The notes under the pieces are model-generated. The model made no database searches. It worked only from the letters and a program-made list of their open reading frames with translations, and was not told the DNA's origin. A stretch of 64,000 nt of DNA from an uncultured Gemmatimonadaceae bacterium (GTDB taxonomy: Bacteria > Gemmatimonadota > Gemmatimonadetes > Gemmatimonadales > Gemmatimonadaceae), in the NCBI GenBank assembly GCA_963740355.1, contig CAVUDW010000003.1:2176001-2240000 (forward strand). The letters are read 5' to 3'. This document shows positions 40,519 through 50,499 of this stretch, in pieces; position 1 is the first letter of the stretch; every line of letters starts with the position of its first letter. The position numbers and the translations under genes were made by a program.

Positions 40519-40662
40519 ACCAAACTCCGAGTGTTGATTTTTCTCAGATATCTTGCAAGTGTCTATATGGCGGCGCATTGATGGCGCGTTGAAGCGCCAG
40601 AAGTTAATTTGGTGTGACAACACGTAACAAAGCAATGAAAGCAGTTTGGTGGCGCTGAACGA

Positions 40663-41133
40663 TTACTCCGCCGACTGGCGGGCGAGCGTCGAGAGGGTAA
40701 TCAGCGTCCGCAGCTGCTCCTCCGAGAGATGCTTTAATTGCCTTTCGTGTTCCTCTTCAATCGGTCGGTCGAGCCGTTGGAGCAGCGCCGCACCAGCATC
40801 GGTGAGGAAGGTGTTCATCTGTCGGCGGTCCTCGCTGGAACGCTCCCGTCTCACCAACCCCATCAATTCCATGCGATCGAGCATCCGAGTCACGTCTGGC
40901 ATCCGGGCTATCAGCCGGTCTCGGATTTCATTGCGGCAGAGCCCGTCAACGCCTGCACCGCGCAGGATCCGCAGCACATTGTATTGCGGCAGGCTCACCC
41001 CGTACGGCTTGAGCAGCTGCTCCATTCCATGCTCCAGCGCCGCGGCGGTTCGGCCCAGGTTCAGGAATGCCTCCTGCTGGAGGCTCCCGAATGGGCGCGC
41101 CTGACGGATCTCGTCACGAAGGTCAGCGGTCAT
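40663..41133 (-). CDS. MarR family transcriptional regulator
   Basis: QYNVLRILRG, PDVTRMLDRME..GLV.R.R...DRR winged-helix motif. Confidence 0.92.
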   Translation of the reverse strand: MTADLRDEIRQARPFGSLQQEAFLNLGRTAAALEHGMEQLLKPYGVSLPQYNVLRILRGAGVDGLCRNEIRDRLIARMPDVTRMLDRMELMGLVRRERSSEDRRQMNTFLTDAGAALLQRLDRPIEEEHERQLKHLSEEQLRTLITLSTLARQSAE

Positions 41134-41271
41134 GGATTGAATATTATGTGTTGTGCGATTGAGTGTCAAGACACGCAAATTTACTGCCCCCGAAACTCGG
41201 TACCACACCACTCGTACGTTCCCACAGAGCTCGACCTGCAGCATCGGACAGTCCCTTGGAGGAGCACCACC

Positions 41272-41556
41272 ATGTTCACCCTGCTCGCATACGCCGCCAG
41301 CCTCGCCCTCACCTACGTGGGCTACTCACAGGCTCGCACCTTCATGCGCGAGCGGCTCCGCTTCGTGACCGCTGCCCAGTCGTTCTGGGCCCCGATCATT
41401 GCTGGCGCCGGCGCCGCCCTGATCGCCACGCCGGTCGTCGCGCTCCTGCCACTCATCGGGGCTGGGACCGCGCTGGCCTTTGGTGTGAGCGTGGGCTTCG
41501 GTGTGGCCAACGGGCAGCGCGACATCCGCAACAACACCCTGCCGCCCGCCTTCTGA
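41272..41556 (+). CDS. Small hypothetical membrane protein (94 aa)
   Basis: GGAGGAG Shine-Dalgarno before ATG 41272; Gly/Ala-rich hydrophobic helices. Confidence 0.75.
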   Translation: MFTLLAYAASLALTYVGYSQARTFMRERLRFVTAAQSFWAPIIAGAGAALIATPVVALLPLIGAGTALAFGVSVGFGVANGQRDIRNNTLPPAF

Positions 41557-41580
41557 AAGCGGCCGGGCTAGTATGCAGGG

Positions 41581-42987
41581 ATGACCATCGATCGACGTCA
41601 GTTTCTCCTCGCGGCGGCGTCTGGCGCGGCCCTCCTCGGCGCACGACAGGGGCGCGCCAGCCAACCCGCGCCGCGATCTGGGGCGATCCCCCGCCCGCGC
41701 CCAACCCGTGCGCAACTCGAGTGGCAGCGCGACGAGTTGGCGATGTTCGTGCACTTCGGCGTCAACACCTTCACCGACCGTGAGTGGGGCGACGGCACCG
41801 AGTCGCCGTCGATCTTCAATCCGTCGGCTCTCGATGCTCGTCAATGGGCACGGACCGCGCGCGCCGCAGGATTTCGCGCCATGATCCTGACCGCGAAGCA
41901 TCACGACGGATTCTGCCTCTGGCCGACGAAGACGACGAGTTACAGCGTGGCGTCCAGCCCCTGGCGCAACGGTACGGGCGATCTGGTCCGCGAATTTGTC
42001 GACGCCTGCCGCGCAGAGGGATTGAAGCCCGGCCTCTACCTGTCGCCGTGGGACCGGAACGCCTCCGTCTACGGTGACTCGCCGCGCTACAACGACTTCT
42101 ACATCGCGCAGCTCACGGAGCTGTTGACGCACTACGGCACCATTCACGAAGTCTGGTTCGACGGCGCCAACGGCGAGGGGCCAAACGGCAAGCGGCAGAC
42201 GTACGACTGGGCGCGCAACTGGGGCACCGTGCGTCGCCTGCAGCCACAGGCGGTCATGTTCTCCGACGCGGGGCCCGATGTCCGATGGATCGGCAATGAG
42301 CGGGGCGCGGCTGGCACCACCAACTGGTCGACCGTGGATCCACGCATCGTCACCGCGCCCGGCGTCAGTGGCGATGAAGTGATGCGATCCCTGCAGGATG
42401 GCGATCGCGATGGCACGGTCTGGCGGCCTGGGGAAACCGACGTCTCGATTCGCCCCGGCTGGTTTCATCATCCCGCCGAAGATGCCAAGGTGCGCTCGGC
42501 GACGGATCTGGTGCAGCTCTATTTCTCCTCGGTCGGTCGCAACTCGAAGTTGTTGCTGAACGTGCCACCGGCGCGCGATGGTCTCTTCCAGTCGAGCGAT
42601 GTCGCCAGCCTGCTCGCGATGCGCGCACAGCTGGATGCGATGTTTCGTGCCGATGTGGTTCGAAAGGGATCGATGCGATGGCAGCGACAGGGGACACACG
42701 CGGCGACCGCAGAGGCGCTGCTGCACACCGGGTCGCGGGTGGCGATCATCGATCTACGCGAGGACATCGCCCGTGGCCAGCACATTGCGGGTTATCGCGT
42801 CGAACTGCGCGCAGCGGGACGCTGGGCGGAGGTGGCCAGCGGGACGACGATTGGCTATCGGCGGCTGATCGAGGTGCCTGCGCCAACCAGCGCAAACGCC
42901 ACTGGCTACGACGCTGTGCGCGTCACGATTACCGACGCCGCTGACACCCCGCTCCCGATCGACATTCGGTGCCACGCCATCGGCTGA
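41581..42987 (+). CDS. GH29 alpha-L-fucosidase, Tat-exported
   Basis: DRRQFL signal; FVHFG.NTF, KHHDGFCLW, YLSPWD, WFDGA and DVSIRPGWF motifs. Confidence 0.93.
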   Translation: MTIDRRQFLLAAASGAALLGARQGRASQPAPRSGAIPRPRPTRAQLEWQRDELAMFVHFGVNTFTDREWGDGTESPSIFNPSALDARQWARTARAAGFRAMILTAKHHDGFCLWPTKTTSYSVASSPWRNGTGDLVREFVDACRAEGLKPGLYLSPWDRNASVYGDSPRYNDFYIAQLTELLTHYGTIHEVWFDGANGEGPNGKRQTYDWARNWGTVRRLQPQAVMFSDAGPDVRWIGNERGAAGTTNWSTVDPRIVTAPGVSGDEVMRSLQDGDRDGTVWRPGETDVSIRPGWFHHPAEDAKVRSATDLVQLYFSSVGRNSKLLLNVPPARDGLFQSSDVASLLAMRAQLDAMFRADVVRKGSMRWQRQGTHAATAEALLHTGSRVAIIDLREDIARGQHIAGYRVELRAAGRWAEVASGTTIGYRRLIEVPAPTSANATGYDAVRVTITDAADTPLPIDIRCHAIG

Positions 42988-43222
42988 CCGTCAGGCGACC
43001 GCGCCCCTCGCCGCCCCCGACAAGCGCCCCTTAGCGGACCCAGCTTTAGTGGAATGCCGCCGACCGGTAACAATCCAATTGAGATGCAGCTATCAGCGGC
43101 TGGGTTTGCGTACGTTAGCCGACACATCACGAGGCGAGCCCTGACGGGGGCGCCCCGTGGTTGTGACCCCGCCAGCGCATTCACGCGCGGCACCCTGCAT
43201 CATCATTGAACCACCACAGCTG

Positions 43223-44791
43223 ATGACCGCCCGTCTTCATGCCGCGCCATCGCTGCGCGATAGCTGGAAGGCCGACCTCCCGGCATCGCTCGTCGTCGTG
43301 CTCGTCGCACTGCCGCTCTGCCTGGGCATCGCGCTTGCCTCAGGTGCGCCACTCGCCTCCGGGATCGTGGCCGGTGTGCTCGGCGGCATCGTGGTTGGCT
43401 TGCTCTCGAACTCACAGCTGATGGTGAGTGGTCCCGCGGCCGGTCTCACGGCCATCGTGGTGGCGGGCATCACGACGTTGGGATCCTTCGAGAATTTCCT
43501 CGTCGCGGTGGTCATCGGTGGACTGCTGCAAGTGGCCTTCAGCATCGCGCGCGCCGGCGTGATCGGCTACTACATCCCCAGCGCCGTGATCAAGGGAATG
43601 CTGGCCGCGATCGGCATCATCCTGATCCTGAAGCAGATCCCGCATGCCGTGGGATTCGACGCCGACTTCGAGGGCGATGAATCCTTCATCCAGCCCGGCG
43701 CCGGAACCACGTTCTCCGCACTCGGCGAGGTGTTGCAGCACGTGCAGCTTGGCGCGGTCATCATTGCAACGATCGCGTTGGCGGTGCTTGTCCTCTGGTC
43801 CCGACCGGCGCTGAAGAAGCTCAAGGTTGTGCCGGCACCACTGGTGGTCGTGCTGCTTGGTATCGGGCTGAACGCGCTGTTCGCGACATCCTTTCCTTCA
43901 CTGGCAATCCGGTCGACCCACCTGGTGCAGTTGCCGGTGGCCGAGTCACCGAGTGATTGGCTGAATTTCTTTTCGATGCCCGATTGGAGTGCGATCACGC
44001 GCCTCGCGACATGGCGGTTGGGCCTGACGATCGCCATCGTCGCCAGCCTCGAGACGCTGCTCAGCCTCGAAGCCACCGACAAGATGGACCCGTTCAAGCG
44101 CGAGTCAGATACCAACCGCGAGCTGCTGGCGCAGGGCATCGGCAATACGATCTCCGGCTTGATTGGCGGATTGCCGCTGACCGGCGTGATCGTGCGCAGC
44201 GCGGCGAACATCGATGCCGGTGCACGCACGCGCTGGTCTGCGATCCTGCACGGTGTCTTCCTGCTCGCCTTCGTGCTCGCCATCCCGACGTTCCTCAACC
44301 TGATTCCGCTGGCGGCGTTGGCGGCCATGCTGCTCTACACCGGCTTCAAGCTGGCGGCGCCGGCGCTGTTCCGCACTGCGTGGTCGTTGGGCCGTTCACA
44401 GTTCATCCCGTTCGTGGTGACCGTCCTCGCCATCGTGCTGACCGACCTGCTGGTGGGCATCGCGATTGGCCTGGCGGTGGCGGCGATGTTCATCCTCGCG
44501 CAGTACCTGCGCCAGCCAGCGCTGCAGGTGATCAGTCCGCGCGGTGCGGTGCTGACGCGTTATCGCCTGCCCGATCAGGCCACGTTCCTCAGCAAGGCCA
44601 ACATCGAGCGGACGCTGAGTGACCTTCCGGATGGCAGCCGCATCGAGATCGACGGAACGCACACGACGCGATTCGACTACGACGTGCTCGAGCAACTGCA
44701 CGAATTCACGGCGACCGCCGCGCTGCGCGGCATCGACTACCGCCTGGTGAACATCCCGGCCGCCCCGACGACACCCACCCATTCGCACTGA
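43223..44791 (+). CDS. SulP family anion (probably bicarbonate) transporter
   Basis: ALPLCLGIA.ASGAP, SGPAAGL, NRELLAQG.GN and GVIVRS motifs. Confidence 0.92.
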   Translation: MTARLHAAPSLRDSWKADLPASLVVVLVALPLCLGIALASGAPLASGIVAGVLGGIVVGLLSNSQLMVSGPAAGLTAIVVAGITTLGSFENFLVAVVIGGLLQVAFSIARAGVIGYYIPSAVIKGMLAAIGIILILKQIPHAVGFDADFEGDESFIQPGAGTTFSALGEVLQHVQLGAVIIATIALAVLVLWSRPALKKLKVVPAPLVVVLLGIGLNALFATSFPSLAIRSTHLVQLPVAESPSDWLNFFSMPDWSAITRLATWRLGLTIAIVASLETLLSLEATDKMDPFKRESDTNRELLAQGIGNTISGLIGGLPLTGVIVRSAANIDAGARTRWSAILHGVFLLAFVLAIPTFLNLIPLAALAAMLLYTGFKLAAPALFRTAWSLGRSQFIPFVVTVLAIVLTDLLVGIAIGLAVAAMFILAQYLRQPALQVISPRGAVLTRYRLPDQATFLSKANIERTLSDLPDGSRIEIDGTHTTRFDYDVLEQLHEFTATAALRGIDYRLVNIPAAPTTPTHSH

Positions 44792-44794
44792 TCG

Positions 44795-45457
44795 ATGCAG
44801 AACTACAAGAACCTCTTCGAGCAAAACCGCGCCTGGGCCACCAGCATCAGCCAGACGGATCCCGGCTACTTCGAACGCCGTGCCGCGGGCCAGCAGCCGC
44901 ACTTCTTCTTCATCGGCTGTTGCGATTCACGGGTGCCCGCCGAGCTGCTCACCGGCGCAAAGCCTGGCGAGATCTTCACCCACCGCAACATCGCAAACCA
45001 GGCGCACCCCAACGATCTGAGCATGCTGGCGGCGCTCGAGTACGCGGTCGAGTTTCTCGACGTGAAGCACGTGTTGGTCTGCGGGCACTATGGCTGCGGC
45101 GGCGTGCGGGCCTCGCTCTCGCCGCAAGGCCACGGCGTGGTGGACCACTGGCTGCACGTGGTGCGTGACGTGCACCGGTGGAACGCCGATGAGATCAATG
45201 CACTGCCTGATGACGATGCCCGCGCCCACCGCCTCGTGGAGCTCAACGTGGTGGAGCAGGTGTTTCAGCTGTCCCGGACGCCGGTGGTGCAGCGTGCATG
45301 GGGGAAGGGGCGCCGCCCGATCCTGCACGGAATCGTGTACGACATCCACGATGGCATGCTGAAGGAGCTGGTGACGGGACTGGACGGAGAGGATAAGGCG
45401 CGCGCGCTGCGAACGCAGGTCACGGGCCCGGTGTCGGCCGAGAAGGCCAAGGCCTGA
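44795..45457 (+). CDS. can: Beta-class carbonic anhydrase
   Basis: GCCDSRV, HRNIAN and CGHYGCGG zinc-ligand motifs. Confidence 0.93.
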   Translation: MQNYKNLFEQNRAWATSISQTDPGYFERRAAGQQPHFFFIGCCDSRVPAELLTGAKPGEIFTHRNIANQAHPNDLSMLAALEYAVEFLDVKHVLVCGHYGCGGVRASLSPQGHGVVDHWLHVVRDVHRWNADEINALPDDDARAHRLVELNVVEQVFQLSRTPVVQRAWGKGRRPILHGIVYDIHDGMLKELVTGLDGEDKARALRTQVTGPVSAEKAKA

Positions 45458-45608
45458 TTTTGCGGGTGTGGTGATTTGGAATCGCGGTTGGAATCGTGAT
45501 GGCGGGCATGATGGGCGCGGCGGACCACGACCTTGTGGATCCTCACCGCGCCCTTGATGTTCTCGCCTACGCCCCGCTGGCTTCCTCGTCACGTGTTGGA
45601 GTTCCTGC

Positions 45609-47060
45609 ATGCACCGCTGTGCCATGGCTCTCCTCGCCGCCGCCGTGCTGGCCGCGCGCGCCGTCCCAGCCCAGCAGGGCGCCTTCGACGTCGTGATCCG
45701 CGGCGGGCGCGTGATCGATCCGGAATCACGACTCGATGCCGTACGTGACGTCGGCATCCGGAGCGGACGCATTGCGGCCATCAGCGCCACGCCGCTTGCC
45801 GGCAAGCAGGTGATCGATGCGCGTGGCCTGGTGGTGGCGCCGGGCTTCATCGACCTGCACGCGCACGGCCAGAACGACGAGAACTATCGCCTCTTCGCAC
45901 TGGACGGAGTCACCACTGCCCTCGAACTGGAAGCGGGCACCGCCGATGTGCCTGCGTTCTACGCGGCGCGCACGGGCAAGGCGCTCATCAACTTTGGCGC
46001 AGCCGCCAGTCACATCAAGGCGCGCATGGCGGTGATGCATGACGCTGGCGTGGCCGCCGGAACGCTGCTGCCACTCGATTCTGCGGGCCACAACATCGCG
46101 AACTTCGACCAGATCGCGGCCATGCGCCGCTTGATCGATGCCGGCCTCGATGCGGGTGGGCTCGGCGTCGGCATGGGGCTGCAGTACACGCCCGCAGCCA
46201 CCAAGTACGAGGTGCTGGAGGCGTTTCGCAGCGCTGCGCGCCGCCATGCGCCGGTATTCGTGCACACCCGCTCGTGGGGTGAAACAGACCCGGGTAGTTC
46301 GGTCGAGTCGTACATGGAAGTGATCGCAGCAAGTGCAATCACGGGTGCGCCACTGCACATCGTGCACCTCAACTCCACCAGCCTGGAAGCCACGCCGCGC
46401 ACACTGGCCATGATCGCCGAGGCGCGCAGCCGCGGCATCGATGTCACGACGGAGGCGTATCCATATATCGCCGGCATGACGGAGCTCGCATCGCCGCTGC
46501 TGGACCGCTACGCCAACGGGCCCGATAGCCTCCTCGGGACGTTGATGCTCGCTCGCACCGGCGAACGCCTCACACGCGCAAGCTTCATCGCCAATCGGAA
46601 GCCCGGCGAGGTCGTGATCCTCTTCGTGAACACACCAGCGATGGAAGCACTTGCCATCACCAGCCCGCTGACGGCCATCGCGAGTGACGGTCGCGTGATG
46701 AATGGTGTCGGTCATCCGCGTGCCGCCGGCACGTTCGCTCGTGTGCTTGGATATTACGTGCGCGAGAGCAAGCAACTCACGCTGCTGGAAGCCATCCGGA
46801 AGATGACGTTGCTGCCGGCCCAACGACTCGAGCAACTGGCTCCGGTGTTCAGGAACAAGGGACGCATCCGCGTTGGCGCCGATGCGGATATATCAGTGTT
46901 CGATGCCGCGACGGTCACGGATCACTCGACATATCAGAAGCCAGCCCTGCCATCCGTCGGCTTTCGGCACGTGCTGGTGAATGGTGTGGCGGTTGTGAGC
47001 AACGGTGTGGTCGTCGACGGGGTGTATCCAGGCCGCGGACAACGTGCGCGAGTTCACTAG
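45609..47060 (+). CDS. Secreted amidohydrolase (D-aminoacylase/D-glutamate deacylase-like)
   Basis: PGFIDLHAH, VHTR, HIVH, TEAYPY, ASDG and HPRAAGTF motifs. Confidence 0.87.
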   Translation: MHRCAMALLAAAVLAARAVPAQQGAFDVVIRGGRVIDPESRLDAVRDVGIRSGRIAAISATPLAGKQVIDARGLVVAPGFIDLHAHGQNDENYRLFALDGVTTALELEAGTADVPAFYAARTGKALINFGAAASHIKARMAVMHDAGVAAGTLLPLDSAGHNIANFDQIAAMRRLIDAGLDAGGLGVGMGLQYTPAATKYEVLEAFRSAARRHAPVFVHTRSWGETDPGSSVESYMEVIAASAITGAPLHIVHLNSTSLEATPRTLAMIAEARSRGIDVTTEAYPYIAGMTELASPLLDRYANGPDSLLGTLMLARTGERLTRASFIANRKPGEVVILFVNTPAMEALAITSPLTAIASDGRVMNGVGHPRAAGTFARVLGYYVRESKQLTLLEAIRKMTLLPAQRLEQLAPVFRNKGRIRVGADADISVFDAATVTDHSTYQKPALPSVGFRHVLVNGVAVVSNGVVVDGVYPGRGQRARVH

Positions 47061-47181
47061 CAACGCATGAACAGCGTTTCATGAAGCTGCATGTGAGACT
47101 CGCGACGCAGCAGCCGCGATGTATCAGCAATTCGCTCGTGCACTTGACGCTTGGCCTTGTAGTCATCCGTAGCTTCACCTG

Positions 47182-48828
47182 ATGACTTCACGTTCCACAC
47201 CGGGCGCGCTGGCCGCGACCGGACTCCTCGACACACCTGCGGCGAGAGCTGAAGCCGCAGCGGCGTTCGTGCGAAAGTATCGCTGGCTGATTTTGCTTGG
47301 CTTGATCACGGCCGCGATCATGGAAGTGCTCGACACCACCATCGTGAACGTCGCGCTGCCGCAGATGGCGGGCAACCTGGGCGCCACGCAGGAAGAAATC
47401 GGCTGGGTCAGCACCGGGTACATCCTCGCGAACGTGATCTTCCTGCCGATGACGGCGTTCTTCGCGTCGCGATTCGGCCGGCGGAGGTACCTGACGGCGT
47501 CGATCGTGATCTTCGTGGTGTCGTCGGTGCTGTGCGGCACGTCACATTCGCTGGTCGAGCTGGTGTTCTGGCGCATCCTCCAGGGTGCCGGTGGTGCGGC
47601 ACTGTTGTCGACGGCACAAGCCACGCTGCGACAGATATTTCCGCAGGAAGAGCAAGGCCTCGTGCAGGCTGTGTTCCTGCTCGGCGTGATCGTGGCGCCG
47701 ACGCTTGGCCCGACGCTCGGCGGATGGATCACCGACAACTACACCTGGAACTGGTGCTTCTTCATCAACCTGCCGATCGGCATCGCCTCGCTGTTCCTGG
47801 TGAGTTCGTTCCTGCGCGATCCGCCAGACCAACAGGCGCACACCGGCGACGTCGACTGGTGGGGCATCGGCCTGCTGACCGTCGGCGTCGGCAGCCTGCA
47901 GTACGTGCTCGAGGAAGGCAACGCGAAGGATTGGTTCGAGGATGGCCTGATCGTGAAGCTGGCGATCGTCGCTGCCGTCTCGCTCTCGTCCATGGTCTGG
48001 TGGGAGCTGCATCCGCGCAACACGCATCCGGTGGTGAACTTCCGCGTGCTGCAGAACCGTGCGCTGTCAGCATCGCTGTTCTTGTTCGTGGCGCTCGGCT
48101 TTGGCCTCTATGGCGGCGTTTTCCTGTTTCCGCTGTTCGCGCAGGGCATCCTCCATTTCACGCCGACGGAGACCGGCCTCGCGATGTTGCCGGGTGGCGT
48201 GGCGACGGGAATTTCCGCGCTGATCTGCGGCGCGATGCTCAACGGCAAGAATCCGAAGGCGGATCCACGGCTGATGATCCTGTTCGGCGTGGTGCTGTTC
48301 GCGATCTCGATGTGGATGATGGGTCATCTCACGACGTCCGCCGGTGAAAGCGATGTGCGCACGGCGCTGCTGGTGCGCGGTTTCGGGCTCGGGTTGCTGT
48401 TCGTGCCGATCAATGCCGTCGCGTACTCCAGCATCAAGCCCTCCGAGGCGCAGCAGGCAGCGGGCCTGATCAACCTTTCGCGGCAGCTCGGTGGCGCGTT
48501 CGGCATCGCGGTGCTGGCGAATCAGGTGGCCAAACACGCCCAGCTCCATCGTGTCGACCTGATTGCCTCCGTCGTGCCGGGCAGTGCGCTGGCCGACGAG
48601 CGCCTCCAGATGCTGACGCGCGGCTTCCTGTCGCGCGGCATGGATGCCGTGACCGCGCACCAGGCGGCGTTGTCGCTCCTCAGCGCGCAGGTCCAGCAGC
48701 AGGCCACGCTGCTCAGCTTCAACGACGCGTGGATGTTCGTGCTGGTGGTGTTCGTGTTGGTCTCGCCTTCGATCCTGCTGCTGCGCAAGCCAGCACGGGG
48801 TGCGGCGCCGCCGGTGGACGCGCACTAG
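47182..48828 (+). CDS. DHA2 family MFS efflux permease (EmrB/QacA)
   Basis: EVLDTTIVNVALP, RILQG.GG, P.LGP.LGG.ITD..TW.W.FFINLP; about 14 TM helices. Confidence 0.92.
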   Translation: MTSRSTPGALAATGLLDTPAARAEAAAAFVRKYRWLILLGLITAAIMEVLDTTIVNVALPQMAGNLGATQEEIGWVSTGYILANVIFLPMTAFFASRFGRRRYLTASIVIFVVSSVLCGTSHSLVELVFWRILQGAGGAALLSTAQATLRQIFPQEEQGLVQAVFLLGVIVAPTLGPTLGGWITDNYTWNWCFFINLPIGIASLFLVSSFLRDPPDQQAHTGDVDWWGIGLLTVGVGSLQYVLEEGNAKDWFEDGLIVKLAIVAAVSLSSMVWWELHPRNTHPVVNFRVLQNRALSASLFLFVALGFGLYGGVFLFPLFAQGILHFTPTETGLAMLPGGVATGISALICGAMLNGKNPKADPRLMILFGVVLFAISMWMMGHLTTSAGESDVRTALLVRGFGLGLLFVPINAVAYSSIKPSEAQQAAGLINLSRQLGGAFGIAVLANQVAKHAQLHRVDLIASVVPGSALADERLQMLTRGFLSRGMDAVTAHQAALSLLSAQVQQQATLLSFNDAWMFVLVVFVLVSPSILLLRKPARGAAPPVDAH

Positions 48829-49462
48829 TCCGTTGCCAGCGGGCAGCGACGACGCCCAACAACACCAGCATCGCTGCACCGCCAACGGCAGCGATGCGAC
48901 GAAACAGGGGCGCCTCGTACCAGTCGAGGAGCCAGTGCCGCGGCGAAAAGAAGAGATGGGACGGGATGTCACGCGTGAGCATTGCGACTTCGGGCCGACC
49001 CTGTGCCGTCGCCTTGACGAGGTAGCTGCGCTCGTCCAGCGCCGGCCCGAACAGTCGCAGCTCGAGCCGCAGCGCGGTGGGCACGACCGCGAACGACTGA
49101 CGGACCAGAACCAGCAGGTGTGTCCCGCCGTTCGCCGCCAGCGTGTCCGTCTCGTCGAACTCCACATTCGGCAACAAGAGGTCACGTCGACCCGGTTCGT
49201 GGCCGTTCGTAATCAGGATCCCGGCATCCAGCTGACGCACGATGTCCACACGATGCAGTGCGAACTCCGTCGCTGACATGCGACCATCACGATTCGTATC
49301 CCACCCCGTCAGCGCTGCCACCGGGATCGAGAAGGCGCCGAAAGCGGCGCTGTCTCGGACATTCACCGTCGCGTGCTGCCGCGGCATGAGATGCGCATGC
49401 GCCGGCGAGACCGCAGCACAACACGCCACGACGAAGAGGACCATCAGGGTCGGGGTCCGCAT
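48719..49462 (-). CDS. Hypothetical exported protein with an EF-hand-like loop and C-terminal TM (resembles the N-terminal part of HupE/UreJ-linked proteins)
   Basis: Signal peptide ending AHA-H; DTNRDGRMSATE loop; ATG coupled to the YHYH stop codon (TGATG). The 3' end overlaps the EmrB gene by 110 bp. Confidence 0.6.
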   Translation of the reverse strand: MRTPTLMVLFVVACCAAVSPAHAHLMPRQHATVNVRDSAAFGAFSIPVAALTGWDTNRDGRMSATEFALHRVDIVRQLDAGILITNGHEPGRRDLLLPNVEFDETDTLAANGGTHLLVLVRQSFAVVPTALRLELRLFGPALDERSYLVKATAQGRPEVAMLTRDIPSHLFFSPRHWLLDWYEAPLFRRIAAVGGAAMLVLLGVVAARWQRTSARPPAAPHPVLACAAAGSKARPTRTPPARTSTRR

Positions 49463-50388
49463 CAGGGCGTCCCGGTCACGCCCTTCACACACCGCTGCAC
49501 GTACGGATATGTCTCCGTCACGTAGTAGTGATACGTGCCGTTTGGAAATTCTGGTGTCACACCAGTGCGGCCGTTGCACTCATCGAGGTCGCCTGAACCG
49601 GCGACGTATTCGTAGTCCTGCGTGAACGTCCCCATCGGGAAGATGCTGACTGACGGCCGGCCGACATCGGGTGACGCCTTTTTACGGTAGCTCGACTGCA
49701 TCACGCGGATCGCGGAGGCAGCACTGGTGGCTGTCGAGTAGCCATATCGTGCGTACATCGGAAAGCCATCGATCGCAAAGCCGACCAGCGTCATCGCCGC
49801 GCCCTTGTTCAGCTTCGCGAGATAGGCTTCGGGAAGGCCGTGGTAGTGGTACTGACCGTTGGGCTGCACGTGCGCGTTGCTCTCGTCGGTCCCGAAGGTG
49901 AAAGCACCGCCGATGGCCTCCAGCCGCCAGGGATCGGTGCCCATGGCCGCGACGCATCCACCACCTGGCGCAGTCGATGTTGCCGTCGCGGTACAACTCC
50001 CCGCAGTCGCCGGATCGAACTTCACGCTGTTCAGTGCGTATCCCGGCGTCATGATCGAGCCGGATGCGGTCGCGGCGGCCAATGGCATCAATCGCATGCT
50101 GACGTTGATGACTTGCGCCGACATCGGAGTCGCAAACGCACCGGTCGTCACGGGATGATTGGGAATGCCGTTGCCGGTCAGCGTTCGCACCCCTGCCGAG
50201 CAGCTCCAGCGAGAGGTACTCGTCGCGTTCACCCGCGCGCTGCTGTTGAACTCGGAACTGCTCGTGCCACAAATCACGCCAACAGCCCCCGCGACCGCGG
50301 TTGTGTCTTCGACCGCTGTTGCCGCTGGTCCGCACGCAGTGATGATCGCGGCGACAGCGCCCGCGACGATGGAATGGAGTTGACGCAT
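49462..50388 (-). CDS. YHYH domain lipoprotein
   Basis: Lipobox IITAC; NGIPNH, AHVQPNGQYHYHG, GFAIDGFP.Y and GDLDECNG...TPEFP.G.YHYY motifs. Confidence 0.9.
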   Translation of the reverse strand: MRQLHSIVAGAVAAIITACGPAATAVEDTTAVAGAVGVICGTSSSEFNSSARVNATSTSRWSCSAGVRTLTGNGIPNHPVTTGAFATPMSAQVINVSMRLMPLAAATASGSIMTPGYALNSVKFDPATAGSCTATATSTAPGGGCVAAMGTDPWRLEAIGGAFTFGTDESNAHVQPNGQYHYHGLPEAYLAKLNKGAAMTLVGFAIDGFPMYARYGYSTATSAASAIRVMQSSYRKKASPDVGRPSVSIFPMGTFTQDYEYVAGSGDLDECNGRTGVTPEFPNGTYHYYVTETYPYVQRCVKGVTGTP

Positions 50389-50499
50389 GACGTGCCTCGA
50401 AGGGTGGACTGACGGTGCCGGAAGCGCGGCCGTCCGTTGGACACCGCTCGCGACGCCGGCATTCCATGACCTGGTCCTCGCGGCACCACCCCCGCTTGC

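Noticed and set aside
41326..42726. Long antisense ORFs (for example 41326-42726, 1143-2402, 24724-25893, 30342-31454, 37522-38763)
   Set aside because: They shadow well-supported genes on the opposite strand, as expected from high-GC codon bias.
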